Positions 1 through 15,062 of a stretch of DNA of 48,195 nucleotides are shown in pieces. The notes beneath the pieces are model-generated. The model was not told where the DNA came from and ran no database searches. It was given only the letters and a program-made list of their open reading frames with translations. The DNA comes from Comamonas sp. lk. GTDB lineage: Bacteria > Pseudomonadota > Gammaproteobacteria > Burkholderiales > Burkholderiaceae_C. The number at the start of each line of letters is the position of its first letter. The stretch's first letter is position 1. The stretch covers positions 1 through 48,195 of the forward strand of contig CAMDHS010000001.1 in assembly GCA_945898115.1 (NCBI GenBank), written 5' to 3'. The position numbers were made by a program, and so were the translations under genes.

Positions 1-981
1 CTCTCAGCCACACCTGAAGACCTGGGCCGCCTGGCCAATGCCGACTTCAATGTCGTGCTCTACCCCGAGATCGCCAACCTGACGGCGCAGTGGCTGCAGC
101 GCACCTTTGGCCAGCCCTTTAGCAAAACCATTCCCATTGGCACGGGCGCCACCCGCGCCTTTATCCGCGAAGTGGCCACCCTGGCGGGCCAAGACCCTGA
201 AACGGCGCTGGCCCAGGCCGCATCGCGCGCCGCTTGGTACGCCCGCTCAGTGGACTCCACCTACCTCACGGGCAAGCGCGTGTTTGTCTTTGGAGACGCC
301 ACCCACGCTGTGGCTGCAGCCAAAGTGGCCAGCGAGGAAATGGGCTTTACCGTGGTAGGCATCGGCACTTACAGCCGCGAATTTGCGCGCGAGGTGCGCG
401 ACGCGGCCAAGTTGTATGGCGTGGAGCCGCTGATCAGCGACGATTACTTAGAAGTCGAGGCGCGCATCGCCGAGCTACAGCCCGAGCTGGTGCTGGGCAC
501 GCAAATGGAACGCCACATCGCCAAGCGCCTGGGCGTGCCTTGCGCGGTAATCTCAGCCCCAGTGCATGTGCAGGATTTTCCGGCCCGCTATTCGCCACAA
601 ATGGGTTTTGAAGGCGCCAACGTGCTGTTTGACACCTGGGTCCACCCCCTGATGATGGGCCTGGAAGAGCACCTGATTGGCATGTTCCGGGGTGACTCCG
701 AGTTCCACGAAGACGCAGCGCCCTCGCACCTGGGCGGCGGCGTGATGCAGGAAAGCCCCAGCGCCAACAGCCTGGCGCCCACCCCCGCAGCGGACACGGT
801 CAGCGTCAGCACGGTTACAGCGGCAAGCTGGAACTCTGAAGCCGAAAAAGAACTGAAAAAAATACCTTTTTTTGTGCGCGGCAAAGCCCGACGCAACACC
901 GAGCGATATGCCGTCGACCACGGCCTGGCTCTGATCACGGTGGAGACTTTGTATGACGCTAAAGCTCACTTCGGGCGCTAA
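1..981 (+). CDS. bchB: Dark-operative protochlorophyllide reductase subunit B (5'-truncated by window edge)
   Basis: Frame is open from base 1. Motifs [32 protein letters not shown] and the C-terminal domain [15 protein letters not shown]. Directly upstream of bchH. Confidence 0.97.
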   Translation, partial: LSATPEDLGRLANADFNVVLYPEIANLTAQWLQRTFGQPFSKTIPIGTGATRAFIREVATLAGQDPETALAQAASRAAWYARSVDSTYLTGKRVFVFGDATHAVAAAKVASEEMGFTVVGIGTYSREFAREVRDAAKLYGVEPLISDDYLEVEARIAELQPELVLGTQMERHIAKRLGVPCAVISAPVHVQDFPARYSPQMGFEGANVLFDTWVHPLMMGLEEHLIGMFRGDSEFHEDAAPSHLGGGVMQESPSANSLAPTPAADTVSVSTVTAASWNSEAEKELKKIPFFVRGKARRNTERYAVDHGLALITVETLYDAKAHFGR

Positions 982-982
982 T

Positions 983-5652
<4,670 letters not shown>

Positions 5653-5661
5653 AAGACAGCG

Positions 5662-6360
5662 ATGAGCGACACCTCCTACCAAGAGCGGCGCGGCCAGATC
5701 GAGCACTATTTCGATCGCACAGCCGCTTCCGCCTGGGCCAAGCTGACCTCGGACGCGCCAGTGGGCCGTATCCGCACCACGGTGCGTGCGGGCCGCGATC
5801 AAATGCGCGCCACGCTCTTGTCGTGGCTGCCTGCAGACTTGCACGGCAAACGGATTTTGGACGCGGGCTGCGGCACGGGAGCGCTGGCGGTAGAAGCTGC
5901 GCGCCGGGGCGCAGAAGTGGTGGGCATTGACCTCTCGCCCACGCTGGTTGACCTGGCCCGCACCCGCTTGCCGGCTGAGCTGGCGCACCGTATTGATCTG
6001 CGCAGCGGCGATATGCTCGACGCCAGCCTGGGGCACTTTGACCATGTGGTGGCCATGGACTCCATCATCCACTACCAAACCGATGACGCAGTGAGCGCGC
6101 TGGCCCAGTTGGCGCAGCGCACCTCGAACACCATCGTATTTACCTTTGCGCCGCGCACACCGCTGCTGGCCGCCATGATCTCGGTTGGGCGCCTGTTTCC
6201 GCGCGGTGACCGTGCGCCCTGGCTCGAGCCCATGGCCGAAGTCAAAATCGCCAGCCTGATGGCCGCCAACCCCGCATTGGCCGGTTGGCAGTGCGGTCGC
6301 ACCCAGCGCGTCTCCAGTGGTTTTTACAAATCGCAAGCCATGGAGTGGACCCGGCCATGA
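5662..6360 (+). CDS. bchM: Mg-protoporphyrin IX methyltransferase
   Basis: YFDRTA, SAM motif LDAGCGTG, MDSIIHY and SGFYKSQA. Canonical position after bchL. Confidence 0.96.
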   Translation: MSDTSYQERRGQIEHYFDRTAASAWAKLTSDAPVGRIRTTVRAGRDQMRATLLSWLPADLHGKRILDAGCGTGALAVEAARRGAEVVGIDLSPTLVDLARTRLPAELAHRIDLRSGDMLDASLGHFDHVVAMDSIIHYQTDDAVSALAQLAQRTSNTIVFTFAPRTPLLAAMISVGRLFPRGDRAPWLEPMAEVKIASLMAANPALAGWQCGRTQRVSSGFYKSQAMEWTRP

Positions 6361-7796
6361 GAGCCAAGACCTTCACCAAGTTCGCGCGCAACATTCCCGC
6401 AAGCTGGATGCCGTTTGCAGACGTCTCCAGCCCGGGCCTGCCTTTGGCACGCTTGCTGCGTCTGTCCTTGTTCAAAGTGACCATGGGCATGACCACGGCC
6501 CTGCTCATTGGCACGCTCAACCGCGTGATGATCGTAGAACTCTTTGTCCCGGCCTGGCTGGTGTCCATGATGCTGGCGCTGCCGCTCTTGGTCGCGCCCT
6601 TTCGCACGGTCACCGGCTACCAGTCCGATGTGCACCGCTCGGCCTTTGGCTGGAAACGCGTGCCCTATATGTGGGGCGGCACTTTGATCCAGTTTTTTGG
6701 CCTGGCGGTCATGCCTTTTGCGCTCTTGGTGCTCTCGGGCGGCGGCCAGATTGCCACGCCCGACTGGGTGGGCCAGGGTGCTGCGGCCATTGCTTTCTTA
6801 ATGGTGGGCGCGGGCCTGCAAACCTCGCAAACCGCCGGGCTGGCCCTGGCCACCGACCAGGCCAGCGAGGAAACCCGCCCCCGCGTGGTGGCGCTCATGT
6901 ATGTGATGTTGCTGGCCGGTGCCGTGGGCGGCAGCCTGATTTTTAGCCTGCTGCTGGCGCAGTTCACGCCAGAGCGCTTGGTCCAAGTGGTACAAGGCAC
7001 GGCCCTGGTGGTGTTGGTCCTGAACTGCATCGCCTTGTGGAAGCAAGAGCCGCGCAACCCCCAGCGTGTAGCAGAACTCAAAAATGCAGTGCAACCCCGC
7101 TTCAAGGAAGTTTGGAATCAGTTCATTGCCCTGCCCAACGCGCGGCGCTTTCTCTGGTCAACCGCCCTGGGCACCATGGCCTTCAATATGCAAGACATTG
7201 TCCTAGAGCCCTATGGCGGCGAGATATTGCATTTGAGCGTGGGCGCCACCAGCGCGCTGACCGCCATGTTGGCCGGAGGCGGACTGCTGGGCTTTGTGCT
7301 GGCCGGTCGCCAACTCGCCAAAGGCGTGGATCCGCTGCGCTTAGCAGCCTACGGCGCACTGGCAGGCCTGCCCGCGTTTTCTGCCGTGATTTTTTCAGCG
7401 CCACTGGACGCGGGCTGGCTGTTTCGCACTGGCGCACTGGGCATTGGTTTTGGCGGCGGTTTGTTTGCCGTGGGTACCTTGTTTGCGGCCATGCGCATGG
7501 AGGGCAGCGGATTTGTGGGCCTGGCCTTGGGCGCATGGGGCGCGGTGCAGTCCACCGCAGCCGGCCTGGCCATGTTTTTTGGCGGTGCGCTGCGCGACGT
7601 GGTGACCGGTCTGTCCACCCAGGGCGTGCTGGGTGAGGCCCTGGCCATGCCTTCGGTCGCCTACAGCGTGGTCTACCACGTCGAGATGCTGCTCTTGTTC
7701 ATGACCCTGATTGCCATTGGCCCTCTGGTGCAACGCAATAGCCGCATGCGCCAGCCTGTTTCACAGCCGCTCGGATTGCCCGAGCTGTCCACCTAA
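6357..7796 (+). CDS. lhaA: PucC/LhaA-family (BCD MFS) LH1 assembly protein
   Basis: Multi-TM protein with RLLRLSLF, TLNRVMIVEL, QDIVLEPYGG and GAWGAVQ. ATGA overlap with bchM; lies between bchM and puhA. Confidence 0.92.
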   Translation: MRAKTFTKFARNIPASWMPFADVSSPGLPLARLLRLSLFKVTMGMTTALLIGTLNRVMIVELFVPAWLVSMMLALPLLVAPFRTVTGYQSDVHRSAFGWKRVPYMWGGTLIQFFGLAVMPFALLVLSGGGQIATPDWVGQGAAAIAFLMVGAGLQTSQTAGLALATDQASEETRPRVVALMYVMLLAGAVGGSLIFSLLLAQFTPERLVQVVQGTALVVLVLNCIALWKQEPRNPQRVAELKNAVQPRFKEVWNQFIALPNARRFLWSTALGTMAFNMQDIVLEPYGGEILHLSVGATSALTAMLAGGGLLGFVLAGRQLAKGVDPLRLAAYGALAGLPAFSAVIFSAPLDAGWLFRTGALGIGFGGGLFAVGTLFAAMRMEGSGFVGLALGAWGAVQSTAAGLAMFFGGALRDVVTGLSTQGVLGEALAMPSVAYSVVYHVEMLLLFMTLIAIGPLVQRNSRMRQPVSQPLGLPELST

Positions 7797-7831
7797 GTCC
7801 ACCAACCCTTATCACCCGAGGAGAAGCCCTT

Positions 7832-8602
7832 ATGCAAACCGTTGGCAACATCACTTCTTATATCGATCTAGCGCAGCTCTTGCTGTACGTTTTCTGGATC
7901 TTTTTTGCCGGCCTGATTTACTACCTTGTGCAGGAAAACCACCGCGAGGGCTATCCCATGGAGTCCAGCAGCAGCGGGCGCGCGGTGGTCAAGGGCTGGC
8001 CGATTCCCGAACCCAAGACATTCAAGCTAGAGAACGGCAAGTCCGTCACCGTGCCCGACCTGGCGCGCAAAGAGCCTCCCTACAGTGGCCGCTCCACCGG
8101 CTACGGTTCGGGCGCTCCACTTGAGCCCACAGGCGACCCGATGAAGGCCGCGATTGGCGCGGGCGCCTATTCCATGCGCGAAGACGTGCCCGAGATGAGT
8201 TTGCACGGCACGCCGGTGATTCAGCCACTGCGCATTGCATCGGCCTACACCGTGGCACCCCAAGACGTCGATCCCCGCGGCCTGCCTGTGATGGGCGGCG
8301 ACGGCAAACAAGGCGGCACTGTCAAGGACATCTGGATCGATTCGACCGAGATGATGTTCCGCTACTTGGAAGTTGAAACCCAGACCAGCAGCGGCCCACG
8401 CCACGTGCTGCTACCCATGCCTTTTGCGCTGGTGCGCCGCAACCAGGTCGAAGTGCACGCCATTTATGGCCGCCATTTTGCAGATGTGCCGCAACTGCGC
8501 AGCGCCGACCAAATCACCAAACTGGAAGAAGAAAAGATCAGCGCCTACTTTGGTGGCGGCACCTTGTATGCCGACTCCCAACGCAGCCAGCCCTTGATCT
8601 GA
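7832..8602 (+). CDS. puhA: Reaction centre H subunit
   Basis: YIDLAQLLLYVFWIFFAGLIYYL..ENHREGYP, DPRGLPV, ITKLEEEKISAYFGGG. Confidence 0.97.
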   Translation: MQTVGNITSYIDLAQLLLYVFWIFFAGLIYYLVQENHREGYPMESSSSGRAVVKGWPIPEPKTFKLENGKSVTVPDLARKEPPYSGRSTGYGSGAPLEPTGDPMKAAIGAGAYSMREDVPEMSLHGTPVIQPLRIASAYTVAPQDVDPRGLPVMGGDGKQGGTVKDIWIDSTEMMFRYLEVETQTSSGPRHVLLPMPFALVRRNQVEVHAIYGRHFADVPQLRSADQITKLEEEKISAYFGGGTLYADSQRSQPLI

Positions 8603-8636
8603 TCCCAACTCTGCGCGCTGATACCTGGAGACTTCC

Positions 8637-9305
8637 ATGAGCATTGAAAACAACGGACACGGATACGAGTTTGAACCCCAGTTTGGCCTGCCCGAACGCT
8701 TGCCCCAGACCGAGCGCATTCTTTGGCAGGGTTCACCAGATGTAGGCGCACTGGCACAAAGCGCCTTTCATTTGCGTAAATTCATGCTTTATTTCGCTTT
8801 GCTGATGGTGGCGCGCGTGTACCCGGAGGTGACTTCGGGCGCCAGCGCCCTAGAGATCTTGCTGTCCCTGAAATGGCTGTTTCCTTTGGCCGCCATCGGC
8901 TTGCTCACCGTATGGACGCTGGCTTGGCTGACCGCACGCACCACCGTCTACACACTGACCAACAAGCGCGTGGTGATGCGCTTGGGCGTGGTGCTCACCG
9001 TAAGCTTTAACCTGCCCTTGTCCAAGATTGCCGCCGCAGATTTGCGCTCCCTGCAGTCTGGCCATGGTGACATCACCCTAGCGCTCAAGGGCGAAGACCG
9101 TATCGCCTGGGTGCACCTGTGGCCCAGTGTGCGTCCCTGGCGCATCACCAAGCCCGAACCTACGCTGCGCGCCATTCCCGGCGCTGCAGCCGTAGCCACG
9201 GCCTTGAGCAAGGCCTGGGCTTTGGAGACCGGTTTGAGCGCCAGGCCAGCCCCGGCACCCCGCGCCAGCCAAGCCGCTGCTGTTTTGCAAGCGAGCGCCA
9301 CATGA
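8637..9305 (+). CDS. puhB: Photosynthetic complex assembly protein PuhB
   Basis: EFEP..GLPERLP..ERILWQGSP, YTLTNKRVVMRLG, LWPSVRPW. Synteny after puhA. Confidence 0.93.
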   Translation: MSIENNGHGYEFEPQFGLPERLPQTERILWQGSPDVGALAQSAFHLRKFMLYFALLMVARVYPEVTSGASALEILLSLKWLFPLAAIGLLTVWTLAWLTARTTVYTLTNKRVVMRLGVVLTVSFNLPLSKIAAADLRSLQSGHGDITLALKGEDRIAWVHLWPSVRPWRITKPEPTLRAIPGAAAVATALSKAWALETGLSARPAPAPRASQAAAVLQASAT

Positions 9306-9769
9306 ACGCCACCCTGCCCATGCAAGCCCCCAAGCGCGCGCCTGACACTTTTCCCACCTGGGTGCTGTACTGCGCAGGCGCCATCATTGCCTTTTCCTTG
9401 ATTTCCGTGGGCCTGGTCCGTATCACCGGCAACGGCCCGGACCAGCGCGCTGCCGCCCCTACCGTAGAGCGGTCCCTGCGCTTTGAAGACCAGGCCGACC
9501 ATGGCGTGCTGGTAACGGACGGCGTCACTGGAGAGAAGCTCACCGTGCTTTATGGCGAGCAAGGCTTTGTGCGCGGCGTGCTGCGCGCCCTGAGCCGCGA
9601 GCGCCATTCGCGCGGCATCGGCGCGGCCCCGCCCTTTATGCTGATTGCCCGCGTTGACGGTAGGGTGACATTGACCGACCCAGCCACCGGCGAGCGTGTC
9701 GATTTAGAGTCCTTTGGGCCAACCAACGTAGCCGAATTTTCGCGCTTTTTAGCGATGCAGCCCGAATAA
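9302..9769 (+). CDS. puhC: Photosynthetic complex assembly protein PuhC
   Basis: One TM helix, [27 protein letters not shown] overlap with puhB. Confidence 0.92.
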   Translation: MNATLPMQAPKRAPDTFPTWVLYCAGAIIAFSLISVGLVRITGNGPDQRAAAPTVERSLRFEDQADHGVLVTDGVTGEKLTVLYGEQGFVRGVLRALSRERHSRGIGAAPPFMLIARVDGRVTLTDPATGERVDLESFGPTNVAEFSRFLAMQPE

Positions 9770-9791
9770 ACCACTGAACCAGGAACCCGTC

Positions 9792-10868
9792 ATGGACGCC
9801 GAAACCACCATCGATTCTTCAGCCAAAGCCTCCGACAAAGCGGTCGAAAGCACCCTGCTGAGCCCGCGCTTTTACACCACCGACTTTGCCGCCATGGACC
9901 GCCTGGACATGTCGCCCCTGCGCAGAGAGTGGGATGCGATGTTGGCCGAGTACGAGGGCGACAACAACCACGACCATTTCCAGCGCACGCCCGAGTTTGC
10001 GCAAGAGGTGGCTGAACGCTTTTCGCAGGTGAGTCCAGCCATGCGCCAGGAGTTTCTGGAGTTTTTGATCTCCTCGCTCACATCCGAGTTTTCAGGTTGC
10101 ATTTTGTACAACGAGATTTTCAAGAACGTCGAAAACCCCGATATCAAGCAGTTGATGCGCTATATGGCGCGCGACGAGTCGCGCCACGCGAGCTTTATCA
10201 ACCAATCGCTCAAAGACTTTGGCCTGGGGATTGACTTGGGCGACTTGAAACGCACCAAGGCCTACACCTACTTCAAACCCAAGTACATTTTTTACGCAAC
10301 CTACTTGTCCGAAAAAATTGGCTACGCGCGTTACATCACCATCTACCGTCAGCTCGAGAAAAACCCAGACAAGCGCTTTCACCCCATCTTCAAGTGGTTT
10401 GAGCGCTGGTGCAATGACGAGTTCCGCCATGGCGAATCCTTTGCGCTGATCATGCGCGCCAACCCGCATTTGCTGCGCGGGGGCAATGTCTACTGGATAC
10501 GCTTCTTCTTGCTCGCGGTGTACGCCACCATGTATGTGCGCGACCACACCCGCCCTATGCTGCACCACGAAATGGGCCTGGAATCTACCAGCTACGACTA
10601 CACCGTGTTTCGCATCACCAACGAGATTACCAAGCAGGTGTTTCCGGTCAGCCTGGACATTGACAACCCGGTGTTTCGTGCCGGCCTGGCGCGCCTGTTT
10701 CACATCCAGACGCAAATGGACGCCGCCAAGGCCCAGGGCGGCATTTTGGGCAATCTGCGGCGCGCCGCGTGGGCGGCAGCAGGCTTGGGCACTTTTGTGC
10801 GCCTGTACTTTTTGCCGGTGCAACGCCACGAGTTGCCTGCGCAGATCCGCATGGCGCCAGCCTGGTAG
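9792..10868 (+). CDS. acsF: Aerobic Mg-protoporphyrin IX monomethyl ester cyclase (di-iron)
   Basis: [33 protein letters not shown] and DEFRHG di-iron motifs. Confidence 0.97.
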   Translation: MDAETTIDSSAKASDKAVESTLLSPRFYTTDFAAMDRLDMSPLRREWDAMLAEYEGDNNHDHFQRTPEFAQEVAERFSQVSPAMRQEFLEFLISSLTSEFSGCILYNEIFKNVENPDIKQLMRYMARDESRHASFINQSLKDFGLGIDLGDLKRTKAYTYFKPKYIFYATYLSEKIGYARYITIYRQLEKNPDKRFHPIFKWFERWCNDEFRHGESFALIMRANPHLLRGGNVYWIRFFLLAVYATMYVRDHTRPMLHHEMGLESTSYDYTVFRITNEITKQVFPVSLDIDNPVFRAGLARLFHIQTQMDAAKAQGGILGNLRRAAWAAAGLGTFVRLYFLPVQRHELPAQIRMAPAW

Positions 10869-10898
10869 TTCAGCACTGCAGCCCCGAGAAAGCCACGA

Positions 10899-11759
10899 AT
10901 GAACGACAGCGCGATTGCCGTTGGTTTTGCCATCTTTATTTGGTGGTTTAGCACCGGCATTGTTATTTTGCTCAATCGCATGTCGCGCAGCGCCATCACA
11001 CGCAGCTTGGCTTTGTCATCGCTGCTGTGCATCGCCGCCTTGATCGGGCTGTCGCACACAGCGCAGCAGACCAGCATGGCGGGTGCCTATTGCGCGTTTA
11101 CTTGCGCGCTCTTGGCCTGGGGCTGGAACGAGCTGAGTTTTCTGACCGGTTGGATCACCGGCCCGCGCACCAGCGCGCTGCCCGCTGGAACCGAAGGCTG
11201 GCCGCGCTTTGTGGAGTCTTTTCGGGCAGTGCTGTGGCACGAGCTGGGCATTTTGTTGGTCGGGGTGGCGATTATGGTTATCACCTGGGACGCCCCCAAC
11301 CAAGTCGGCACCGGTACCTACCTGGTGCTGTGGGTGATGCGCACCAGCGCCAAGCTCAATCTGTTTTTTGGTGTGCGCAACCTCAGTGAAGAGTTCTTGC
11401 CCGCGCACCTGGCCTATCTGGAGAGTTTTTTCCGGCGCCGCCCGATCAACGCTTTTTTCTTCTTTGCAGTGGCTGGGGCCAGCGTATGCCTGGGCTTATT
11501 GGTGCTGGGTGCCAAAGATGCGCTGAGCACGGCCCCGCAGGCCGTGGGCTACGCCCTGGTAGCGACCATGCTGGCGCTGGCCATTTTGGAGCATTTGCTG
11601 CTGGTGCTTCCGTTGGACACGACGGCACTCTGGCGCTGGGCCATTCGCAAGCGCGCTGGGCCGCAAACCAGCGCGCTGCCCACGATTTCCCCACAGACCG
11701 CCAGCCTGGCGGTGCGAGACACATTGGACAAGCATGACACCTTATTTCAAATCCGTTGA
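10899..11759 (+). CDS. puhE: Putative photosynthetic complex assembly protein PuhE
   Basis: WWFSTG, SAKLNLFFGV, LPAHLAYL and ALAILEH in a multi-TM protein. Follows acsF. Confidence 0.9.
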   Translation: MNDSAIAVGFAIFIWWFSTGIVILLNRMSRSAITRSLALSSLLCIAALIGLSHTAQQTSMAGAYCAFTCALLAWGWNELSFLTGWITGPRTSALPAGTEGWPRFVESFRAVLWHELGILLVGVAIMVITWDAPNQVGTGTYLVLWVMRTSAKLNLFFGVRNLSEEFLPAHLAYLESFFRRRPINAFFFFAVAGASVCLGLLVLGAKDALSTAPQAVGYALVATMLALAILEHLLLVLPLDTTALWRWAIRKRAGPQTSALPTISPQTASLAVRDTLDKHDTLFQIR

Positions 11760-13305
11760 TGGCGCCTCGTCTGGCCAAGGCGGCTGGAGCTCGGCTTCCG
11801 GCAGCGGCACTGCGGGGGACGAGGCACCGCTGGCCGTGGTGATTGGCACTGGCTTTGGCGGACTGGCTGCGGCTATTCGCCTGAGCGTCAAGGGCTACCG
11901 CGTGCAAATGCTGGAAAAGCTCGACGCCCCCGGCGGACGCGCCTATGTGCACAAGCAAGACGGCTTTACCTTCGATGCCGGCCCCACCATCATCACACTG
12001 CCGCACCTCATTGGCGAGCTGTTTACCCTGTGCGGAGAGCGCATGGAAGACCATGTGGACCTGCGGCTGATGTCGCCTTTTTACCGCATCCGCTTTGATG
12101 ACGGCAGCCACTTTGACTACAGCAACGACGACGATGCCATGCTCGAGCAAATTGCGCGCATCAGCCCCGAGGACGTGCAAGGTTTCAAGAACCTGCTGGT
12201 GGCCTCAGAGCGCTGCTTCAAACTCGGCTTTGAAGAGCTGGGCATGGTGGCCTTTGAGACGGTAAGCGATGTGATTAAGGCCATGCCCAATCTCATCAAG
12301 ATGCAGGCCTGGCGCTCGATTTACAGCCTGGTGGCCCAGCATATCAAACACCCGCAACTGCGCATCGTGATGAGCTTTCATCCGTTGCTCATAGGCGGCA
12401 ACCCCTACTCAGTCACCTGCGTGTATGCGCTCATCCATTCCCTTGAGCGCCGCTGGGGCGTGCATTCGGCCATGGGCGGCACCGGCGCCATCGTGCGCGA
12501 ACTGGTAAAGCTGCTGCACGACCGCAAAGTGCCCATCCGCTACAACGCGCCCGTGACACAAATCCGCATTGAAGGCGGGCGTGCCAGTGGTGTTGAGCTA
12601 GACACCGGCGAGTTCATCAAGGCTGACATTGTGGTCAGCAATGCCGACGCCGCCTGGACTTACCGCCACCTGATAGCGCCGCAGCACCGCAAGCACTGGA
12701 CAAATAAGCGAATCGCCAAGGGCAATTATTCGTCGGGCCTGTTTGTCTGGTACTTCGGCACCAATCGCAGATACGAAGACGTGCCCCACCACATGATGGT
12801 GCTGGGCCCGCGCTACAAAGGCTTGCTGCAAGACATCTTTAAAAACCACACCCTTTCCAAAGACTTCAGCCTGTATTTGTACCGCCCCACGGCCACCGAC
12901 CCGTCGCTGGCGCCCGAGGGCTGCGACAGCTTTTATGCGCTCTCAGTGGTGCCCAACCTGGCCAGCGGTACCGACTGGCCCGCCGTGTCCGAGCAATACC
13001 GCCAGGCGATTGCCACCGCATTGCAGGAATCGGTGCTTCCCGACCTGAACCAGCACGTCGTGAGCCAGCGCGTGACCACGCCGCAGGACTTTCAAGACCG
13101 GCTATGGTCTTACCAGGGCGCGGGCTTTGGCCTGGAACCCATATTGACGCAAAGCGCCTGGTTTCGGCCACACAACCGCTGCCAGGACGTGAAAGATTTG
13201 TACATGGTGGGCGCCAGCAGCCAACCAGGTGCTGGTGTTCCCAGTGTGTTGATGTCCGCAAAAATGCTTGAACAGGTGGTGCCCGATGTCAAATCCTTTG
13301 CCTAA
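11734..13305 (+). CDS. crtI: Phytoene desaturase (copy 1)
   Basis: VIGTGFGGLAAAIRL, FDAGPTIIT, SFHPLLIGGNP and QSAWFRPHN. Upstream of crtB. Confidence 0.93.
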   Translation: MTPYFKSVDGASSGQGGWSSASGSGTAGDEAPLAVVIGTGFGGLAAAIRLSVKGYRVQMLEKLDAPGGRAYVHKQDGFTFDAGPTIITLPHLIGELFTLCGERMEDHVDLRLMSPFYRIRFDDGSHFDYSNDDDAMLEQIARISPEDVQGFKNLLVASERCFKLGFEELGMVAFETVSDVIKAMPNLIKMQAWRSIYSLVAQHIKHPQLRIVMSFHPLLIGGNPYSVTCVYALIHSLERRWGVHSAMGGTGAIVRELVKLLHDRKVPIRYNAPVTQIRIEGGRASGVELDTGEFIKADIVVSNADAAWTYRHLIAPQHRKHWTNKRIAKGNYSSGLFVWYFGTNRRYEDVPHHMMVLGPRYKGLLQDIFKNHTLSKDFSLYLYRPTATDPSLAPEGCDSFYALSVVPNLASGTDWPAVSEQYRQAIATALQESVLPDLNQHVVSQRVTTPQDFQDRLWSYQGAGFGLEPILTQSAWFRPHNRCQDVKDLYMVGASSQPGAGVPSVLMSAKMLEQVVPDVKSFA

Positions 13306-14362
13306 GCCCAGCGTTGCGACCACGCCGGTGTCGGCCTATGACTTGCAGGCCTGTACCGCGCTGATGCGCGGGGGCTCCAAGTCCTTCTTTGCTGCGTCCA
13401 AGTTGCTGCCTGTGCGCTTGCGCGCACCCGCTACCGCGCTGTACGCCTATTGCCGCCTGGCCGACGACGCGATTGACCTGGGCACTGACCCGGTACTGGC
13501 CATGCAAGACTTGCAACAGCGGCTCGACGCGATTTATGAGGGCCGGCCCAGCGAACAAGACGCGGACCGGGCGCTGGCCCACGTGGTGCACCACTACGGC
13601 GTGGCGCGCGGCCTGCTTGACGCGCTCTTGGACGGCTTTTTGTGGGACTCGCAAGGTCGGCGCTATGAAACCCTGGCCGATGTAGAGGCCTATGGCGCAC
13701 GCGTGGCAGGCACCGTGGGCGCCATGATGTCCACCATCATGGGCGCCGCGTCTGAGACCGCGATTGCCCGCGCCTGCGAGCTCGGCGTGGCCATGCAGCT
13801 TACCAATATTGCCCGCGACATTGGCGAAGACGCGCGCAATGGTCGCCTGTACATTCCGCGCGCCTGGTTTCGCGAAATCGGCATGGACGCCGACGCCTGG
13901 CTGGCCGCACCTGTATTTGACGCCCGCATTGCCGGCTTTACCCAGCGCCTGTTGATGCGCGCCGATGTGCTCTACCGACGCGGCGAGTTTGGCCTGGCCG
14001 AACTGCCCTGGGACTGCCGCCCAGCCATCCAGGCCGCGCGCTTGGTTTACGCCGAAATCGGCAAGCAGCTTGAGCGCGAAGGCCTGAACTCAATTGACAA
14101 GCGGACCGTGGTGTCCACCACCCGCAAGCTCGCGCTGATCGCCCGCGCAGCCACGGTGGCGGTCAAGGCTCCGGCACTGCCCGCAGTGGCGTTGAGCCCG
14201 GTGCCCGCAATTGCTTTTTTGGTGGACGTGGTCGCGCGCGACCGCAGCCCAGCGCTTGACAACAAACCCTGGACTATCCCGCAGCGCAGCTTCGATCAGC
14301 GGGTGGAGTGGATGGTGGACTTGTTTGGCCGACTGGAGCAACGCGAACGCGCACGGCGCTAG
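13286..14362 (+). CDS. crtB: Phytoene synthase
   Basis: GSKSFFAAS, YAYCRLADDAID, RVAGTVG and MQLTNIARDIGED. Confidence 0.96.
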   Translation: MSNPLPKPSVATTPVSAYDLQACTALMRGGSKSFFAASKLLPVRLRAPATALYAYCRLADDAIDLGTDPVLAMQDLQQRLDAIYEGRPSEQDADRALAHVVHHYGVARGLLDALLDGFLWDSQGRRYETLADVEAYGARVAGTVGAMMSTIMGAASETAIARACELGVAMQLTNIARDIGEDARNGRLYIPRAWFREIGMDADAWLAAPVFDARIAGFTQRLLMRADVLYRRGEFGLAELPWDCRPAIQAARLVYAEIGKQLEREGLNSIDKRTVVSTTRKLALIARAATVAVKAPALPAVALSPVPAIAFLVDVVARDRSPALDNKPWTIPQRSFDQRVEWMVDLFGRLEQRERARR

Positions 14363-14371
14363 GAGCGGCGC

Positions 14372-14554
14372 TTGCTCAAGCTCGTCGAGGTTCTTGTTTT
14401 GGTGTGCGCGGGCGCACTGTTCATAGGCTGGCAATGGCGCGATCTGCGCCAGGCGCGCGAGCAAACCCGCAAAAAGCGCGAAGCGGCGCAAAGTGCGCAA
14501 GGTAAGCAAGACGCGCAAGACGCATCCAGCGCCAAGGGCCCGAATGGCACCTAA
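14372..14554 (+). CDS. Small single-TM hypothetical protein (60 aa)
   Basis: AGGAG at 14361-14365 precedes a TTG start. Hydrophobic N-terminal helix then a basic helical tail. Fills the gap between crtB and the next ORF. Confidence 0.55.
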   Translation: MLKLVEVLVLVCAGALFIGWQWRDLRQAREQTRKKREAAQSAQGKQDAQDASSAKGPNGT

Positions 14555-14996
14555 CCTGAAAATCATCCACCTCGTGTGCGCTTGCCTGTTTTTGGGCAAC
14601 GTTATCGTCAGCGGCGTGTGGGCGCTGCTGGCCGAGCGCACGCGCAACCACGCCATCATCCAGTTCAGCAACCGCATGGTGCTGATTACCGACGCGCTGT
14701 TCACGCTGGTCGGCGCCGTTGGCGTAGTGTGGACCGGCCACGGCATGGCGCTGAACCTGGGCGGCGAGGCCTCGCACCCCTGGATCCAGTGGTCGTATGC
14801 CTTGCTGACGTTCTCGGGCTTGATCTGGCTCTTCGTACTGGTGCCGATTCAACTAAAGCAACGTACCTTGCTGCTCGCCAGCGACACCGTGGGCGAGGAC
14901 TACTGGCGCCTCTCCCGCATCTGGCAAGCCGCTGGCGCGCTGGCCACCGTCTTGCCGCTGCCCATCGTCTACCTGATGGTGACCAAGCCGGCTTAG
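14544..14996 (+). CDS. Integral membrane protein, DUF2269-like
   Basis: LKIIHLVCACLFLGN, D..FT, W....P.Q and LMVTKP pattern with about 4 TM helices. Family assigned from memory. Confidence 0.7.
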   Translation: MAPNLKIIHLVCACLFLGNVIVSGVWALLAERTRNHAIIQFSNRMVLITDALFTLVGAVGVVWTGHGMALNLGGEASHPWIQWSYALLTFSGLIWLFVLVPIQLKQRTLLLASDTVGEDYWRLSRIWQAAGALATVLPLPIVYLMVTKPA

Positions 14997-15062
14997 ACTG
15001 CACGCGCCCCAGCCATCCCCTGCGCATTCACCGTGCTGCGCACAAACCACCAAGGCCGCACC

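Noticed and set aside
953-982. Upstream extensions given by the ORF track for bchH, lhaA, puhC, pufC, pufL, pufB, bchZ, crtF, bchI and others
   Set aside because: Downstream ATGs with an RBS or stop/start coupling fit known N-termini better.
9770-9791. No bciE/ycf54-type cyclase partner next to acsF
   Set aside because: Expected: betaproteobacterial AcsF (Rubrivivax type) is known to work without an accessory subunit.
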